Shown here: piece by piece, positions 8,101 through 20,400 of the stretch
Numbering within the stretch: the stretch's first letter is position 1
Layout of the letters: every line of letters begins with the position of its first letter
Origin: a virus
Reading direction: 5' to 3' (one strand)
Length of the DNA stretch: 64,000 nucleotides
IMG/VR virus record: IMGVR_UViG_3300029906_000002
Coordinates: 12,507-76,506 of that record
Program-made: the position numbers and the translations under genes
Notes under the pieces: generated by a model
Seen by the model: only the letters and a program-made list of their open reading frames with translations
What the model was told of the DNA's origin: nothing
Databases searched by the model: none

Positions 8101-10372
8101 TGAGTAAACTTTCAATCATCATCTTATCCGTACCTATCTTCATATCCTGATTGACCTTGATGGCACGATTGCCGCTCTCATCTTTGATATAGCGGGTAAG
8201 CGTATTGAAGCTGTACTTAATCTTGCTATTCAGCGCGTGCAACTGCCTACGCGTGGAAGTGTCGAATACACGGATATTGCCAATGAAGTTGTTGCCGTTT
8301 TCAAACAGTTTGGTATTATTAAGGATAAGCATCGCTTTCATAATTTCTACATTGCCAACAAGAGCTTCGAGCATAGGTGAGTTCTTGGTTTTCTCAATCA
8401 TGTCATCGTAGAAATTAGCAGAAAGCAACTGTCCTTTCTTCATTGGAACACGTTTGAACGGATCCTCATTGGTCAGGCATATCACGTCTACTTGCCCAGA
8501 TAATGTGTTGTAGAAAGCAATCAGACCCATCTCATTGAGCTGTTGCTGATTTTCCACCATAGCCCATCCGGCATCTGTATATTGCCCAATCATACTATAC
8601 AGACGTTCACCATAACTTCTATTGGAATAGAACTCACTTTCATCAATATGCCCGGCAAGAAGATTGCGTATGGCATTTGCGCATTCAATGGATTCTTGCC
8701 TACGACGCATGGGCTTATTGGTTTTATACTCCTTAATAAGCTCGTACATCTTTTCGGGTGTATCAGCTATGATAGGCTTACCTGCCACAAGCACGCGCCA
8801 CTTATGGTTTTTATCGTTGTAGTATATCCATTGCCCCGTCTTCTCGTTCTGCTCGCAATACTTGTCGAACTCTTCCTTGATTTGCTCGTCAGTAATGGTT
8901 TCTGTGGAGTAATCCTCATTACCGAACATAAGAGCGATATCCTTTGCTGACTTCTCAACCAAATGTTCGTTACCTACGCTTGCCGTATGCGGTTCGCCAG
9001 GTTCCATGATACGATTCAGATGGACCTGTACTACTTCAGAATTGACTTGCGGGGTGATGTCGTCGAAAGTATATTTTAGATTAGTATCAAGATCTATCTT
9101 CTCGTTGGAGAACACAGGATTACCATCAGCATCCCTTGTCATGGTTATCTTACCCGTAATAACAGGAGAGATAAACGCACTTGATCTTGTGGTGTTGAAT
9201 CCGTTACGACCAAGTATCTGACGATAGAAACCAGTCTGATAGTTATAAGTCAGCATCTTTGCTTGCGACCACGCTTTCTTACCATTTACCATGTAATCGT
9301 CTGGAGATGTTTTCCAGTCTATCACATCAGGAGTTCCATCATCATGTAATACCATCAAGTCAATAGAACCAGACAGTCTTACATCTTCTTCTTTGCCAGT
9401 CACATAGTCGGTCGTTGTAACTACTTTTTCTTCGTCTGCAATGGCGTACTCAGCAAAGATGGTGAAGTTCTCGTCCTGTCCCTGAGAAAGGCCGTTACGG
9501 GCACGCAAAGCATTGTATCGTTGCTCGGCAATCTCGAAGACGGTACGCATATCCTCATCGCTGATAAGGGATTCAGAAATACCCTGCACAACTTGTCCAC
9601 CCATCAGCTTCTTCTTGCCTGAATCATCAAAGTAAGCGGAGGTATAAAACTCGCTCTTACGAACCATTTCTTTGAAAGCCTCCCAGCGTTTCTGTTTGGC
9701 AACGGTCTGATCCTTATCCTTGATGCCGATAAGACGTATAGGAGAAGAGGTTAGTTTACCCTTCGCATCCTTATACGAACCAATACCCACGAAATAACCT
9801 TGCAACATATCATGCACAGCATTACCATACTTTGCCTGATGTTCCCACTTGGCTTGTATGACGCTTGCATAATCTCGCATAAAATCTTCCTTAGACAAGG
9901 AGCGTCCTATCTTGGCAGCATTGGCGGAATCACCAAATAATAATTCAATGTCTTTGGGGTTCCAATGTGAACCTTCATCCACATTGCCATTCTTGAGTTG
10001 CAAATACAGGTTATCGAAGTAATTGTCGCGAACAAACTGCGGAGCAATGAAGCTGTTCTCAATGGGATCCTTCATACGTCCTACGGCAGTGGTGACACCC
10101 ATGTAACGAACATGGTATTTGTAATCTGGGTTATCCGGGTCATCCTTGTCAAGCATTCGTTTTCTTACGCCATTCTTATGTTTCTCCACGATATCAATCC
10201 ACCTGGAACCTTTTCTCATTGCATTGAGATAAGCCTCGGTGTTCCTGTCGGAAAACACAGCATCGCCAAGCTCATTGATATGGTTATACTTGACAAGCAG
10301 GAAGTCATTCAGGGCATCTACATTGTCGAACACCCGCTTCCCTTCCAATCTATATGTACATTTTAAAGGCAT
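5174..10372 (-). CDS. large putative ejected virion protein with RecB-like PD-(D/E)xK nuclease domain and C-terminal hydrophobic helix
   Basis: 1732 aa; YGNAVH...FAEY...SGSIDL...VIDWKTS...YQTGFY; IIIMLLIGGLAAFLM near the C-terminus. Confidence 0.8.
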   Translation of the reverse strand: MPLKCTYRLEGKRVFDNVDALNDFLLVKYNHINELGDAVFSDRNTEAYLNAMRKGSRWIDIVEKHKNGVRKRMLDKDDPDNPDYKYHVRYMGVTTAVGRMKDPIENSFIAPQFVRDNYFDNLYLQLKNGNVDEGSHWNPKDIELLFGDSANAAKIGRSLSKEDFMRDYASVIQAKWEHQAKYGNAVHDMLQGYFVGIGSYKDAKGKLTSSPIRLIGIKDKDQTVAKQKRWEAFKEMVRKSEFYTSAYFDDSGKKKLMGGQVVQGISESLISDEDMRTVFEIAEQRYNALRARNGLSQGQDENFTIFAEYAIADEEKVVTTTDYVTGKEEDVRLSGSIDLMVLHDDGTPDVIDWKTSPDDYMVNGKKAWSQAKMLTYNYQTGFYRQILGRNGFNTTRSSAFISPVITGKITMTRDADGNPVFSNEKIDLDTNLKYTFDDITPQVNSEVVQVHLNRIMEPGEPHTASVGNEHLVEKSAKDIALMFGNEDYSTETITDEQIKEEFDKYCEQNEKTGQWIYYNDKNHKWRVLVAGKPIIADTPEKMYELIKEYKTNKPMRRRQESIECANAIRNLLAGHIDESEFYSNRSYGERLYSMIGQYTDAGWAMVENQQQLNEMGLIAFYNTLSGQVDVICLTNEDPFKRVPMKKGQLLSANFYDDMIEKTKNSPMLEALVGNVEIMKAMLILNNTKLFENGNNFIGNIRVFDTSTRRQLHALNSKIKYSFNTLTRYIKDESGNRAIKVNQDMKIGTDKMMIESLLRQVQKRLDDDLEMGRRAEAKGIRYEHNDLFRNKTRQRIVYFGRDHTPENLSSFLFQANITKLELERGYMRILETLEQNYGDQFRKVGEDEFSVTGRNSEIRALYIAVSRALAELNGIQLNQQTFQSDKYSQYGIKGVLTKGWTGLQMSNPGMFASDVINDVTNLLRRSYQDIRDRMQSPLAVFKQLEDRMIKANNVFGGSLLAAKEHIWDEFFVTDKDGNISDAMMFKHPEEISDPIKREILHDLLTEINRYRFGREVSGMDAENRGQARTDMLTDEQVWDYAALDRFYYIPLARKGWVDERGSVTNNGMTWTERFNSIKENLFNLKNVKNTLLGIFDNNEESVKQSKELRQDTSLFKMNEVLIADAMDMDERIRKIQQMKNEDRANFTNNAVLAGATMAFNQVSTEEIDKVLLLAKASVMHLRSEETEMGGMSYKNDIDYLLKYIKGVIKSEDLTEESMKGVADFFANVSRAASFAVLGISPVQVTYQNMQGIMQNLSAAAKKYLGDASFGIKEVEQAAAIVYGDIANDSNSKVSLLNQALGVNDMDMNDYVKHTQDRKNIRTTEGLYKLGMMTSSRPDYYNRMILIVAQMIKDGVWDAYYVENGVLKYDFKKDKRFSKLIDPSAPHDAEWHRQKGLYDAVARQMLQEGTRYTNDTKMTVGGRTVIKKANSFFEYNGTDIVPLPKAYPSRQTDGYKNIADDIYGYYTHENKAMIHLSILGKMYMQFKTFFSGKANQYLAPGKVRMRGTFEQMKDQDGNLIYQGSFSDESLIVRKQKSDGSYGFFYLDTDEEIPNVKEEDYIPFYQWKGIYQEGVFMTLANIVRLAKDSDKNGILAFIDAVKKYSTDEFTRDVYRTNFRQMLSDIIIMLLIGGLAAFLMNGWYKEMLKDDDIPGPAKSMAGIALKSLKNSTADANTFGVFWSVFGNWTPFTFNWMTNTYKNVMAVMGGNRNVWDAACYQISGLSQVKETVEDVIA

Positions 10373-11421
10373 ATCTCTTCCAGTTTGTTTTCTTGTATCA
10401 GTTTACGTTTGATATTGGCTGCAATACGGTGGGAATAGCCAAGGTCTCCGCCAAATACAGCTTTATGATTCATTATAACGCTACCAAGACGCTTACAAAT
10501 CTCCTGCACGCTCATGTTGCCTATGGTATCAAAATCCAGTATCTTTGCCGAATTGGCTCCCATAAACGCAGTATCCATCATGCGAACAATGTTATATCGT
10601 ATCTTATCCTTGATTGGTTCAGAGAGATTGTCAATATCAGACTGCATGCCAGACAGGAATAGTGCTGCATTGCTTACGAAATATTCTTCGCGAGCATCGT
10701 TCTCCGCATAACTCCACAGTGGACCACGTCTTGCTGCACGATATCCTACTGTGTCTGCTATACTTGAAACGACTTCATTATACAACTCTGAATCATTGTA
10801 TTTGAGTTCGCCAAGCAACATGTGCATAAGCTCATGTACGGGAGCATCAAGATGGGCGTAGTCAGCATTTATCCATATTTCCCCATTAAAGATGAAGGCG
10901 TTTTTGGTCTGCCAGTTCAATCCTGTTAAACCTTTTAGTTCGGCTTCTTCGGAGGTAAAGATGTGCATGGGAATGCCATACAACCTTTCCGACTTATCTG
11001 CTATGGATATCAGCATGGATATAGTCTTCGCATTCGTCAGATTCCCATCCACATCAAAATCATCCTCGTATACGTCATATCCGGGTCTACGGACTATATT
11101 GGTAATAACTGTATCTCCAAGCTGGGTGAACTTGGTTTCCAAATCACGGAACTCATTGTTCGTGGTTATATTAGCTTTTACAAGGTCGCCATCCGGAGCA
11201 ATATCTTCCATCTTGCCGTAGTAGGTTGTCTTACCTTCCTTGAGGTTTAACATGCTAATGAGAGCGGGTGCGGAATCCACACCTGCAAGTTCATCGAGTT
11301 CCGGGTCGCGTCCGTGTCCGTCACGATACATTCCCACTTGGACATCAAGGCTTTCCTCGTCCAAACCAGACAGGCGTTTCAACCTGTTGTAATTGTTGTC
11401 TTTGATAACGCAACTTGCCAT
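10363..11421 (-). CDS. zincin-like metallopeptidase (HExxH), probable virion cargo
   Basis: NAFIFNGEIWIN...PVHELMH...AREEYF; start placed at ATG 11421 (MASC), just after the RNAP stop. Confidence 0.8.
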   Translation of the reverse strand: MASCVIKDNNYNRLKRLSGLDEESLDVQVGMYRDGHGRDPELDELAGVDSAPALISMLNLKEGKTTYYGKMEDIAPDGDLVKANITTNNEFRDLETKFTQLGDTVITNIVRRPGYDVYEDDFDVDGNLTNAKTISMLISIADKSERLYGIPMHIFTSEEAELKGLTGLNWQTKNAFIFNGEIWINADYAHLDAPVHELMHMLLGELKYNDSELYNEVVSSIADTVGYRAARRGPLWSYAENDAREEYFVSNAALFLSGMQSDIDNLSEPIKDKIRYNIVRMMDTAFMGANSAKILDFDTIGNMSVQEICKRLGSVIMNHKAVFGGDLGYSHRIAANIKRKLIQENKLEEICL

Positions 11422-11423
11422 AG

Positions 11424-14400
11424 TTAGCACTCTTTAGATTGTTGATCGACGAAGTTAACCATTTCATCCGGTTTTCTTCTAAACAAGGATGTTAAAACGC
11501 TTCTCATTTTATTTCCACCAGTCGGTTTAATGGTTTTTGTTATCGGATTACCATCATTTCCAAGATAGGAAACAACAGCTATCGGGTTTCTGTTACTCAT
11601 CACCACTGCGCCATAAGCGTTACTATTCTTTCCTTTAATGATACGACCATAGGTCATCTTGTCTTCCTGGATTTTACGCACATTAGAATCACCCGTTTCA
11701 GTGGAATAAATCTCTTCTCCAAGTTGGATGTTACCATCAAATAAGCCTTTGAGTGTAGCGTACGAAGTTGCTCCTTCTGTGAATGCAGCAGAAACAAACT
11801 CCCCATAGCCCATATTCTGAGCAGCAACCGGAGTAGCTTGCTGTGCATTCTTTATGTTATTGATAGGATTAACTTCCATTGTTTTCTCTTCCTTGTTCAT
11901 CTTTTCTATTTGTTTCTTTGACAAGTTCGCATTATCCGTTTTTATTGTGCCATCAATAAAGATATCGTAGGCTTGATGAGAAGCAGCCTTATCGTATCTG
12001 CTATCATTGAATCCTTTTCCGCCATAGCTTCTGCGTTCATCATAATCATATTCGCCTTCCCAATCGGCAACATCCTCCTCAATGGCGCTTTGTATTATAT
12101 CGTTGAAGAAGTCGTCTGCAAAACCATTCTCTTCATCAAAGCTTCCCTTCTCCGTCTTTCCAGTGCTTACGCTAATGTCTTTCTCCGGTTTCTTTTCGTA
12201 TGTTTCTACGAGACCAGTCTTCTTGTTGAAAGCACGGATATACTTTGCATCAGAAGAATAAGTGCTGCCAGTAGGAGCAAGGCTCTTTGCTACAGAGCTC
12301 AATTCAACATCATTATTCGGCAATAATGCAGTAACCTTTTCAGGAATGAAATTACCATTGTCATCACAGAAATACCTGTCAATGAATTCGTAGTATTGCC
12401 GCTTCATCGGGTTATTATTGGAGTTGAAATAGTAGTTCAATGACGCTTCAGCATTGGTACCATTGAATACTAATTGGTCAGCAATGAACAGCAAGGTAGC
12501 CATATCAAATTCCCTCGAAGGTTTTGAACCATCCGTCTTATTGATGTACTTACTGTTATGTAGCGTATTGGCCCATATCTGGAATTTCTGCACGTTTCGG
12601 ATATCGAAATCGTCATTGGACATACGGTTGTCTGTGACACGGCTTGTCGGTACAATACCACCCGTTAAAGTTTTATCCACCCTCGTGCCTACTATGCCCT
12701 TAATGAAATCATTCATGAACAGTACACGGTTCTTAGGCTGTGTCTCATCGTATCTACCTTGCCTGTAGGAAGGAACTACAATCTCGTTCATCCACTTTAA
12801 GAAGGTCATCTTACCTTCCGTGGTACCAAGACTAATTTCCAAAGGTTTGGTAGTTCTTTCACGAAGGAAAGTGCCGTTGATTGTTCCAGCCTTGAATATC
12901 TCAAAGTTCTCAGGAACCCAGAAAGTGAATGGTTGATTTTTACCGTAATAAGTACGCAGGAACAAGTCGAATACCATCAAATCAATGTAGCGCATGACAT
13001 TATTGGTAAGTTGCTTAACCTCCTTCTGAGATAACTTACCAGACACGTCAGATATAGCTTTCGTAATCATGGAAGCCGCCTTGTTGGTAGACGACATATT
13101 CTCAACCATGTTCACCATCAAATCCTGCACCCACGTATAAGAGTTGATGTGTGGCAGACTGTTGGCTACGTCAAGCACATTGAATGCGTACATCTTTGTT
13201 TCCGCATAAACCTGTATGGCTTTTTCGGCATACTCTGGATCAGTAAGGAATCTGTGTAGATTGAACTTGCGTCCGTTCTTGCGAATCAGTGTTGAACCAT
13301 ACTTTATCTCATCATCATACGGATTACCAGTGCTGTAGTCCGCAAAAAAGCTCTTCACAAAATCCGATGTATTATCGTTGTAGATAACAGATGGAGAGAT
13401 GATATTGCTGATAGCATGTAACCAGCTTTCCTGCTTGTCAAGCGTACCTGCCACACCTTTGTTCTTAGACATGTATTTTGACGAGGACATCATCTCGCTT
13501 GCCCCAGATTCCATATCAATCAACATGTCAAGGTATGTCATCCGCTTTTCATTGTTGTCCTTGTCGAAATAGGTTTCGTATTCGGAATTGATATCCTTGC
13601 GTATATTGATTATTTCCTCAACACGATCAATCCAGGCATTCATGCTCTGATAATCTTTATAGTAATCAGATTTCTCATCAACGGGTTTTCTGTGACCGTT
13701 TTCATCAGCTGGAAGCAATCCAAATAAATCGTATGAGAAATACCTGAGTTTGTCTATGATCATCTCGTCGGTAATTCCAGCATTCTGCCAAAATTCCGGT
13801 ATACGAAGGCCGTTGCTTATATAATAGGTCCATACATCGCGCATTGAAGCTGGATTGTGACCAGGTATCTTCATAAATTCCCTGTTTCCGGGAATCAAAT
13901 TTCTGTATCCTTTCGCTGCGGCAGCATCGTTGTATCCGAATATATCTTTGGCATAGTCTGTCATTTTATGGAAATCGCCATCATTAATAATCTTCCTGCC
14001 ATCACCAACATAATGCCACGGATCAACTATGGTAGACTTCAGTTTGGCAAATGAGAAGTTATTGTTTACTGAACCATAGAAGACATTACCCTGCTTGAGT
14101 TCATTGAAGATGTGAGCCGTATTGGAACGGGCATACGAAGCTATCTTAGCGAAATCCATGCCTGTTGATATACCGAACACATAAATGGATATAAGCTCCG
14201 GGATGGCGTTGATTTTAGCAAGCGTCAAGTTCTTGGCATTATCTGTAGCCTCAGTAAGCAAGGCAGACAGGATAAGGGCTGCGTCCATCTGCGCATCAGA
14301 ACGATTGATATACGAATAGATATCAATGACTTTGAATTCAGCATCACTAAGCTGAATACCATTGTTCTTAGCAGTCAACCGAGCCTCGTTCATTCCGAAC

Positions 14401-17400
14401 ATAATCTGTGAGAAAATTTTTTCTCTTTCTTCCGGCGTATGCGGTACGGCATTAAGGCTCTCCTGTATCTTGTTTACAATACGATTCACGTGTGCGTTTA
14501 GAATAGCACGGTACTTCTTGTTCGGATTGAAGTTAACGAACGTGTAATACGTCTTATTGCCAACCACAACACCGTTATGATCCTTACCAAGAATAGGCTT
14601 AGCAAGCGTCTTTATGGCTTCGTTGATATTGGCTTCTTCAGACAGTTCGGCAACCTTGCTATCAGAAAGATTATAGCCTATCGTGTTGAAGTATTGCGTA
14701 AGACCATAGAAGTTCTTAATACTTGCGGCGGTAGCGGATACCACCTGCTTACCAATGGCGTTGTCTCTGAAAGCCATCAGCTTGGTAAACACATTGGCTA
14801 CATTCTGCTTGTTACGCATATTGCCAGCCTTATCATTCGCTCCCTCATTCTTCACCATATCGAAGTCGTCAATAGAAGACTGGGCCTCATACATGTTCAC
14901 AGGATTGGAGATAATCTCATATTCCTTGTAGGTGATGAAATTCTTCAATCCCTCATTCTTCTTTTCGCTTGTATCATCGAAATACATGTTGTGTGCATTG
15001 ATAAACTCAAGCACCTTACTGTAAGCGTTGGCTCCTCTTACCGCGCTTCCGGGTTCTTTATAATACAGAATTCCTCCATTGTTATCAATCTGGCTATTAA
15101 AACTCTCAATGAGCGCACGTATGGCATTCGTATCATTACTCTTCATGACATACTGCGTCTTCTCCTCATTGAGTTCAAATACGGCACTGAACAACAATCC
15201 TTGTTCGGCATTCATTACCTGTGTAACATTGTTGACAGGTTCAGCCATATTAGCCTGTACGTTTGTCGGGAATGGCAGCTTGAGCGACGCATCAAGCTGG
15301 ATATCATTGAAATAAGGAGACCAGCCAATGATGTGTCCGTTATAGTCAACAGCATATTCCTGGAATGTCACCTTGTCGCCGTCAAAGTCCGAACCTTGCA
15401 ACCAGAGCTGCATATCGTTTACAAAGCAGGAATTGAATCCTGTGTTGTCAAACAACACCGTGTTCATTCCCATGAAGGATTGCATGGTTTGTGATGGGAT
15501 ACGTGCAGATACTGTTTTTAGCGTCTGTAGGAACGAATTGTACTTGCCAAGCGATTGCCAGTAAACCTTCTGTAAGAATGCGGAATTCTTCGCATTCTTC
15601 AATCCTTCGGCGCCAACTGTAGTCAGTATATGTATTGCTTCACGCTTCTTCTCATTAAGCGCATTATTCACTTTTTCTCTCGTAACACCCTCAGCAATCT
15701 GTGCGATATCCCAAGCGTTGATAATAGCGTCATTAAGCATATCGAAGTAACCGCGTTTCAGGAACTGCATAGATTTGTTACCACCAATGAGTTTATTGTC
15801 GTTATCGTACACAAACGCATTCGCATTGACAATCATCTGCAAGTAATTAGTAACTTCTTCCTGTCCATTATCCTTGTCAAACACGGCAGGAGAAACTACA
15901 AATTCCATCTGTCTGGCTGTGCTCAGAATATCGCTATAGCCATCCGATTTCTCAAGATGTTTTTTATTGATGTTTCCAGGACCATTTTTAACCACAATAT
16001 CAATAATCATGTTTCCGCGCTTATCTACATACACCTTATCTTGATTGGAGATGCGGAACACATCGTTTCCATTGCGCTTGTAGATATAGTGATTCTTACT
16101 TGCTTTCTCGAAGTCTTTAGCCAGCTTGGAACCCATCGTCATCAACTCGAAGCCTTCTCTTTGATAGTCCTCTTCAGTCATCACGCCGGATATGTTGGCA
16201 TCATGCAAATAGACATGTTGACCGTTGTCGAACATCAGAGCGTATGAGTAGAGATTTGCATCAACCCGCAAGTCCCATTTGTCAAGCATCTTAAGTGCAA
16301 ACGATTCCTGCGTGACATCATCCAACTTGGTGTATTGGTCAAGACCAAACTTGCTTGCGTTGATATTAGGAGTAACAGCTTCGTAGTTATAAATCCTCAT
16401 GCCGCTACTGGATACCTTCTTGCGCACGCCATTGATGTAGATATAGCCTTCTCCGCCTTTGTAGACCTTATCCAGTTCATTCATCTCATGCTGGTAGAAC
16501 ATACGGAGAAGAAGTTCCCTATCGGTATATTCATTGATGTAATATTTACCAGAACTACGAAGAGTTGGAATCATGATGTTGTTTATGATTTCAATATCAT
16601 TGCTATCAAATTCATCGATTTTGTCTTTCAACTTGAATAACAACCGCACAGCATCGGTATCGTACATATTGTAGTGCATAACTACTCCATCTTCCATGAT
16701 ATTGAAATGAATATCCATGGGAGCAAGCTCGCGTCCTTCAATGATATACCTTACCCCATCAAAATCGATGCCACCACCAATACGTGTTTCAAGCGCATCA
16801 GCAGGTCTTACGATATACTCCGACAAGCCATAATCCACGTCAGGCTCATCCTTGTATCGTGTAGCCAGTGCATTCATTACATGCTTCAGCTTAGAGTAAG
16901 TAGAATAATCTTTCAGTTCAATGTAGTATGTTTCGTCCACTCCGTCATTGAAATGCTCGAATCTGCCTAACTTCTTTGCTGTTTCGTTATCAATGGAACC
17001 GACGGGCATAGTCAGCTTGTACCGGAATCCCATACGGCATTCAGAGACATCCTTGAACCGGTATCTGTCATATCTTTCTTGAATAGACATAGCCTTACTT
17101 ATCTTCTCTTCTGGAGTAAAGCCAAGGTCTTCCCAAGACAAACCATCATATAGGTTAACAATGCGATAACCAGCCTTCAACAAAGAGAGAGAACCAGGGA
17201 ATTGCTTTCTGATGGAAATTTTGTTCACATACGATGCTATGTTAGGAAGCACTTTGGAAACAAAGTTTGCGTCATTAAGCGTCAGTTTCTCAGCGAGATC
17301 TTCATATTCGATGTATTCTCCATCTTCAACACGCTTGATAAGGCCCGCGCATTTGGCTCGTTCAATGTCGCTAAGAGCCTTTGCTTCGCTCATTGCCTTA

Positions 17401-20400
17401 ACAATAATGTTGGCTATCAGCTTGCGATAGTCCTTAAATTCCATATTGGCAGTGCTGGTATAACCAATGCCCTTTACCATGCTTTGCAAGGATGACTTGG
17501 CAACCACGCCGAGAGCTTTGTAAATAGCATCCGCATCATCAGAGGAGAAGCCCATGGATGAAAGCGAAGAGAGTACCTGGGAAAGTTCACTGACACGTGA
17601 GTTATCAGCGGTATGGGTAGGGTCAAGCTGAATGCCGAAATAGTCCGTATTAATGGCGAACGTACTGGGTAAACCGTCTTTGTTGCTGATTACATCATAC
17701 ACCCTGTTTACATTCGCGTAACCCTGCTTGATAGCACCATTGGATACAATCAAATCAGCATTGCCATGCTTCATAAACTGGTAGCATTCATTCTGTGAAT
17801 AAGGCGTATTGCTGTTGGTAAATTTGTTTCCGTTTCTATCAAGACCGACATTATTACCAAGATCTACAATCATGCGGATGGAGTTCTCAGACGGAACAAT
17901 CTTGTTCAGTTTCTTATCGTATTCTCTGGAGTTTTCCTTACCAAACAATACCCACAAGTCGTAGTTGCTATTTACGTCAAAAGCAACACCTTCCTCAACA
18001 ACTTCATCGGGATTGTAATTACCAGCACCATCAATCCTTGCTATACGGCGGAAGTACTGGTATCTACCAGTATCGGGGTTCATCACGGCATCAATGCCTA
18101 CAATCTCGAACATTCCCTCGCTGGTTTCAAACATTGGATTGTACTTTCTGGACAGGTAATCAAACAAATTCAGCATCTGTCTACCATCCGAAGAGAAGCG
18201 GTTGATATTGTAATCCTGGAAGATATTGCCAGTAATGGGTCTGCCTTGCTCATCTTTCCACTCAGCAGCCATGGTCTTGTATACCATGTTCTCGACGTTC
18301 TGACCCTTCCTGACGCCATCATTGGTGAGTGAGTTGAACGAACTCTTGATGATGATGCCGGATGCTGTACGGGCGTCATACGAGTGCAGGAACGGCTTCA
18401 TATCCATACCTACCTTGCTGTCGCCTGTCGAGTTAAGCATCCAGTAAGCCATGACGGGTGATATATGGCAGATACCATCGTGCGGTTTAATAGTATTGCT
18501 ATTACCTGACATGGACGACACGTCATCCGTGATATCCTCCACACAGCAGACGTTCATAGTGCTTCCCATACCGGTAAGCGTATTGGTTAGAACCTGGTCC
18601 ACAGAGGCTGTATAAGACACGTTACGCTTGTTCTGGGCTATGATACCAAGAGCTTCCTCTTCAAGCCCTGTGAGCGTTCCATTTGACTTGATAGGATGGT
18701 TGAACATGCCGCCTACCGTATTAATCTTATAGTTCTCTCCAAGGAAGAAATCCATATAGTTGAAGTCAAGTAGAGCGGGATTGACATGAACCATCTGCAT
18801 ATTGTTCATGAACGCTTTGAATACCTCGTAGTCGTTCAATCCGTTGCGGGTAAGACCAAGCCGTCTGATGTCAGCCGCATTGGTGATATCATAGACATTT
18901 CCTTTCTGGTCAACAACCTTGAACAATACCATTGAGTTGCCTTTCACCCAAATCTTATTTTTGGGATCAGCTATGAATTTGCCAAGACCTTGTGTAAGCG
19001 GTTTCTTCCAGCTATCGTTCATAAAGATTTGAGTATTGTTTTGCATGGCGTAGAACATCAGTTCTTCGTTCTTCTGCATGAAGAAATCACGGAAGGAAGT
19101 GCAATACTCATCAATTGTCAACCCAGGAATAGGATTGCTATTTTCATCTACACCATGCGTGTCGAATGCCTTTGGGTCAAACCCATGCTGCTTGGCGACC
19201 TCGCTTGCAGTAAGCCTTACCGGCTGCTTCGTGCTTCTACTAATAACAAATTCACCACTGCTGTTTTTTTTGTAAGCATTTGGATTGTATCGGTAGAGCT
19301 GGTCAATAAACATCCGTTTGAAGGAGATATTTCCTTTCTTGTCACTTACAAGGTGTGTTTGGTCAACGAGTTTCATCTCTTTCTCGCCGGTAGCACGAGT
19401 AGTATTGTAAGCCTTGACAAGAATCATCATGGCTTCGTAAGGCGTGATGTCGCCATAACCCATTGCGGACAAGCGTGTACTTAAATTGCTTATGAGGCTA
19501 TTGAATCCCTTGTAGTTGTCTCTGATTTGTACGATGGTACTCTTTGGGTTAGCATCAAGAGCCTCTTTCAGTAAAGACAATACAGCTTTGTCCTTATGAC
19601 TAAAAGTCCTATTATTAAGGAAGTTGTCATCTACCCTTCCGATAAGATTGTTAAGCCTTCCTATATCTGTCCTTACATTCTCAACGAGCTTGTTATAAGT
19701 GTTGTATAGACTCTTGCTAAGTAACTTGGCTACACGATAGTTTCCTCGCAGAGAGTAAGGAATGCTTTCCATTTCTTGCGTAGAGATACCCATACGTTTA
19801 TCGAAGTCGGCAAGAGAAGCAATACCCGCCTCATCTGTAGGCGCATATTCGGATAATTTCTTAAGCATAGCAATGAATTCAGTATTCACGCCAGGCTTGT
19901 GAATGGTAGACTTATCAGAATCCACAGTGAATGTGAAGTTAGTATACGGATTCGACGATTTGTCCATGTAGTATCCGTCAAGGAATCCAATGGCGAAATC
20001 AGAGAATAGACATTCGTTCACATTAAATTCGATACGCGGCTTTCCTTCGCCAATGTCAGCTAATCTTTCAACGACAGTAGGACCGAATACTTCCTTGTTA
20101 TCAAAATACTTCCAATAATTATCATCTTTGTTTATGATAGACCGCAACGAACCAAGTTCATTGCTTATCTCCCTAAATCCGTAGTGGACAAGCGAACCTG
20201 ATGCAGCTGCATCCTCCTCTTTGCGAATACGTCTGTATTGTCTGCCCGTATCAGTAAGCAATCGTTGGAATTGGCTTACCGAAAATTGTTTGCCTCCATA
20301 CTTAACCGTATCGCGAAGGGTAGAGTTCTCGTAGATTCCGATAGAATTAGTAAGCGCATCTTCCCAACCGTTAAGACCTGACGAGATAGGATTGATACTT

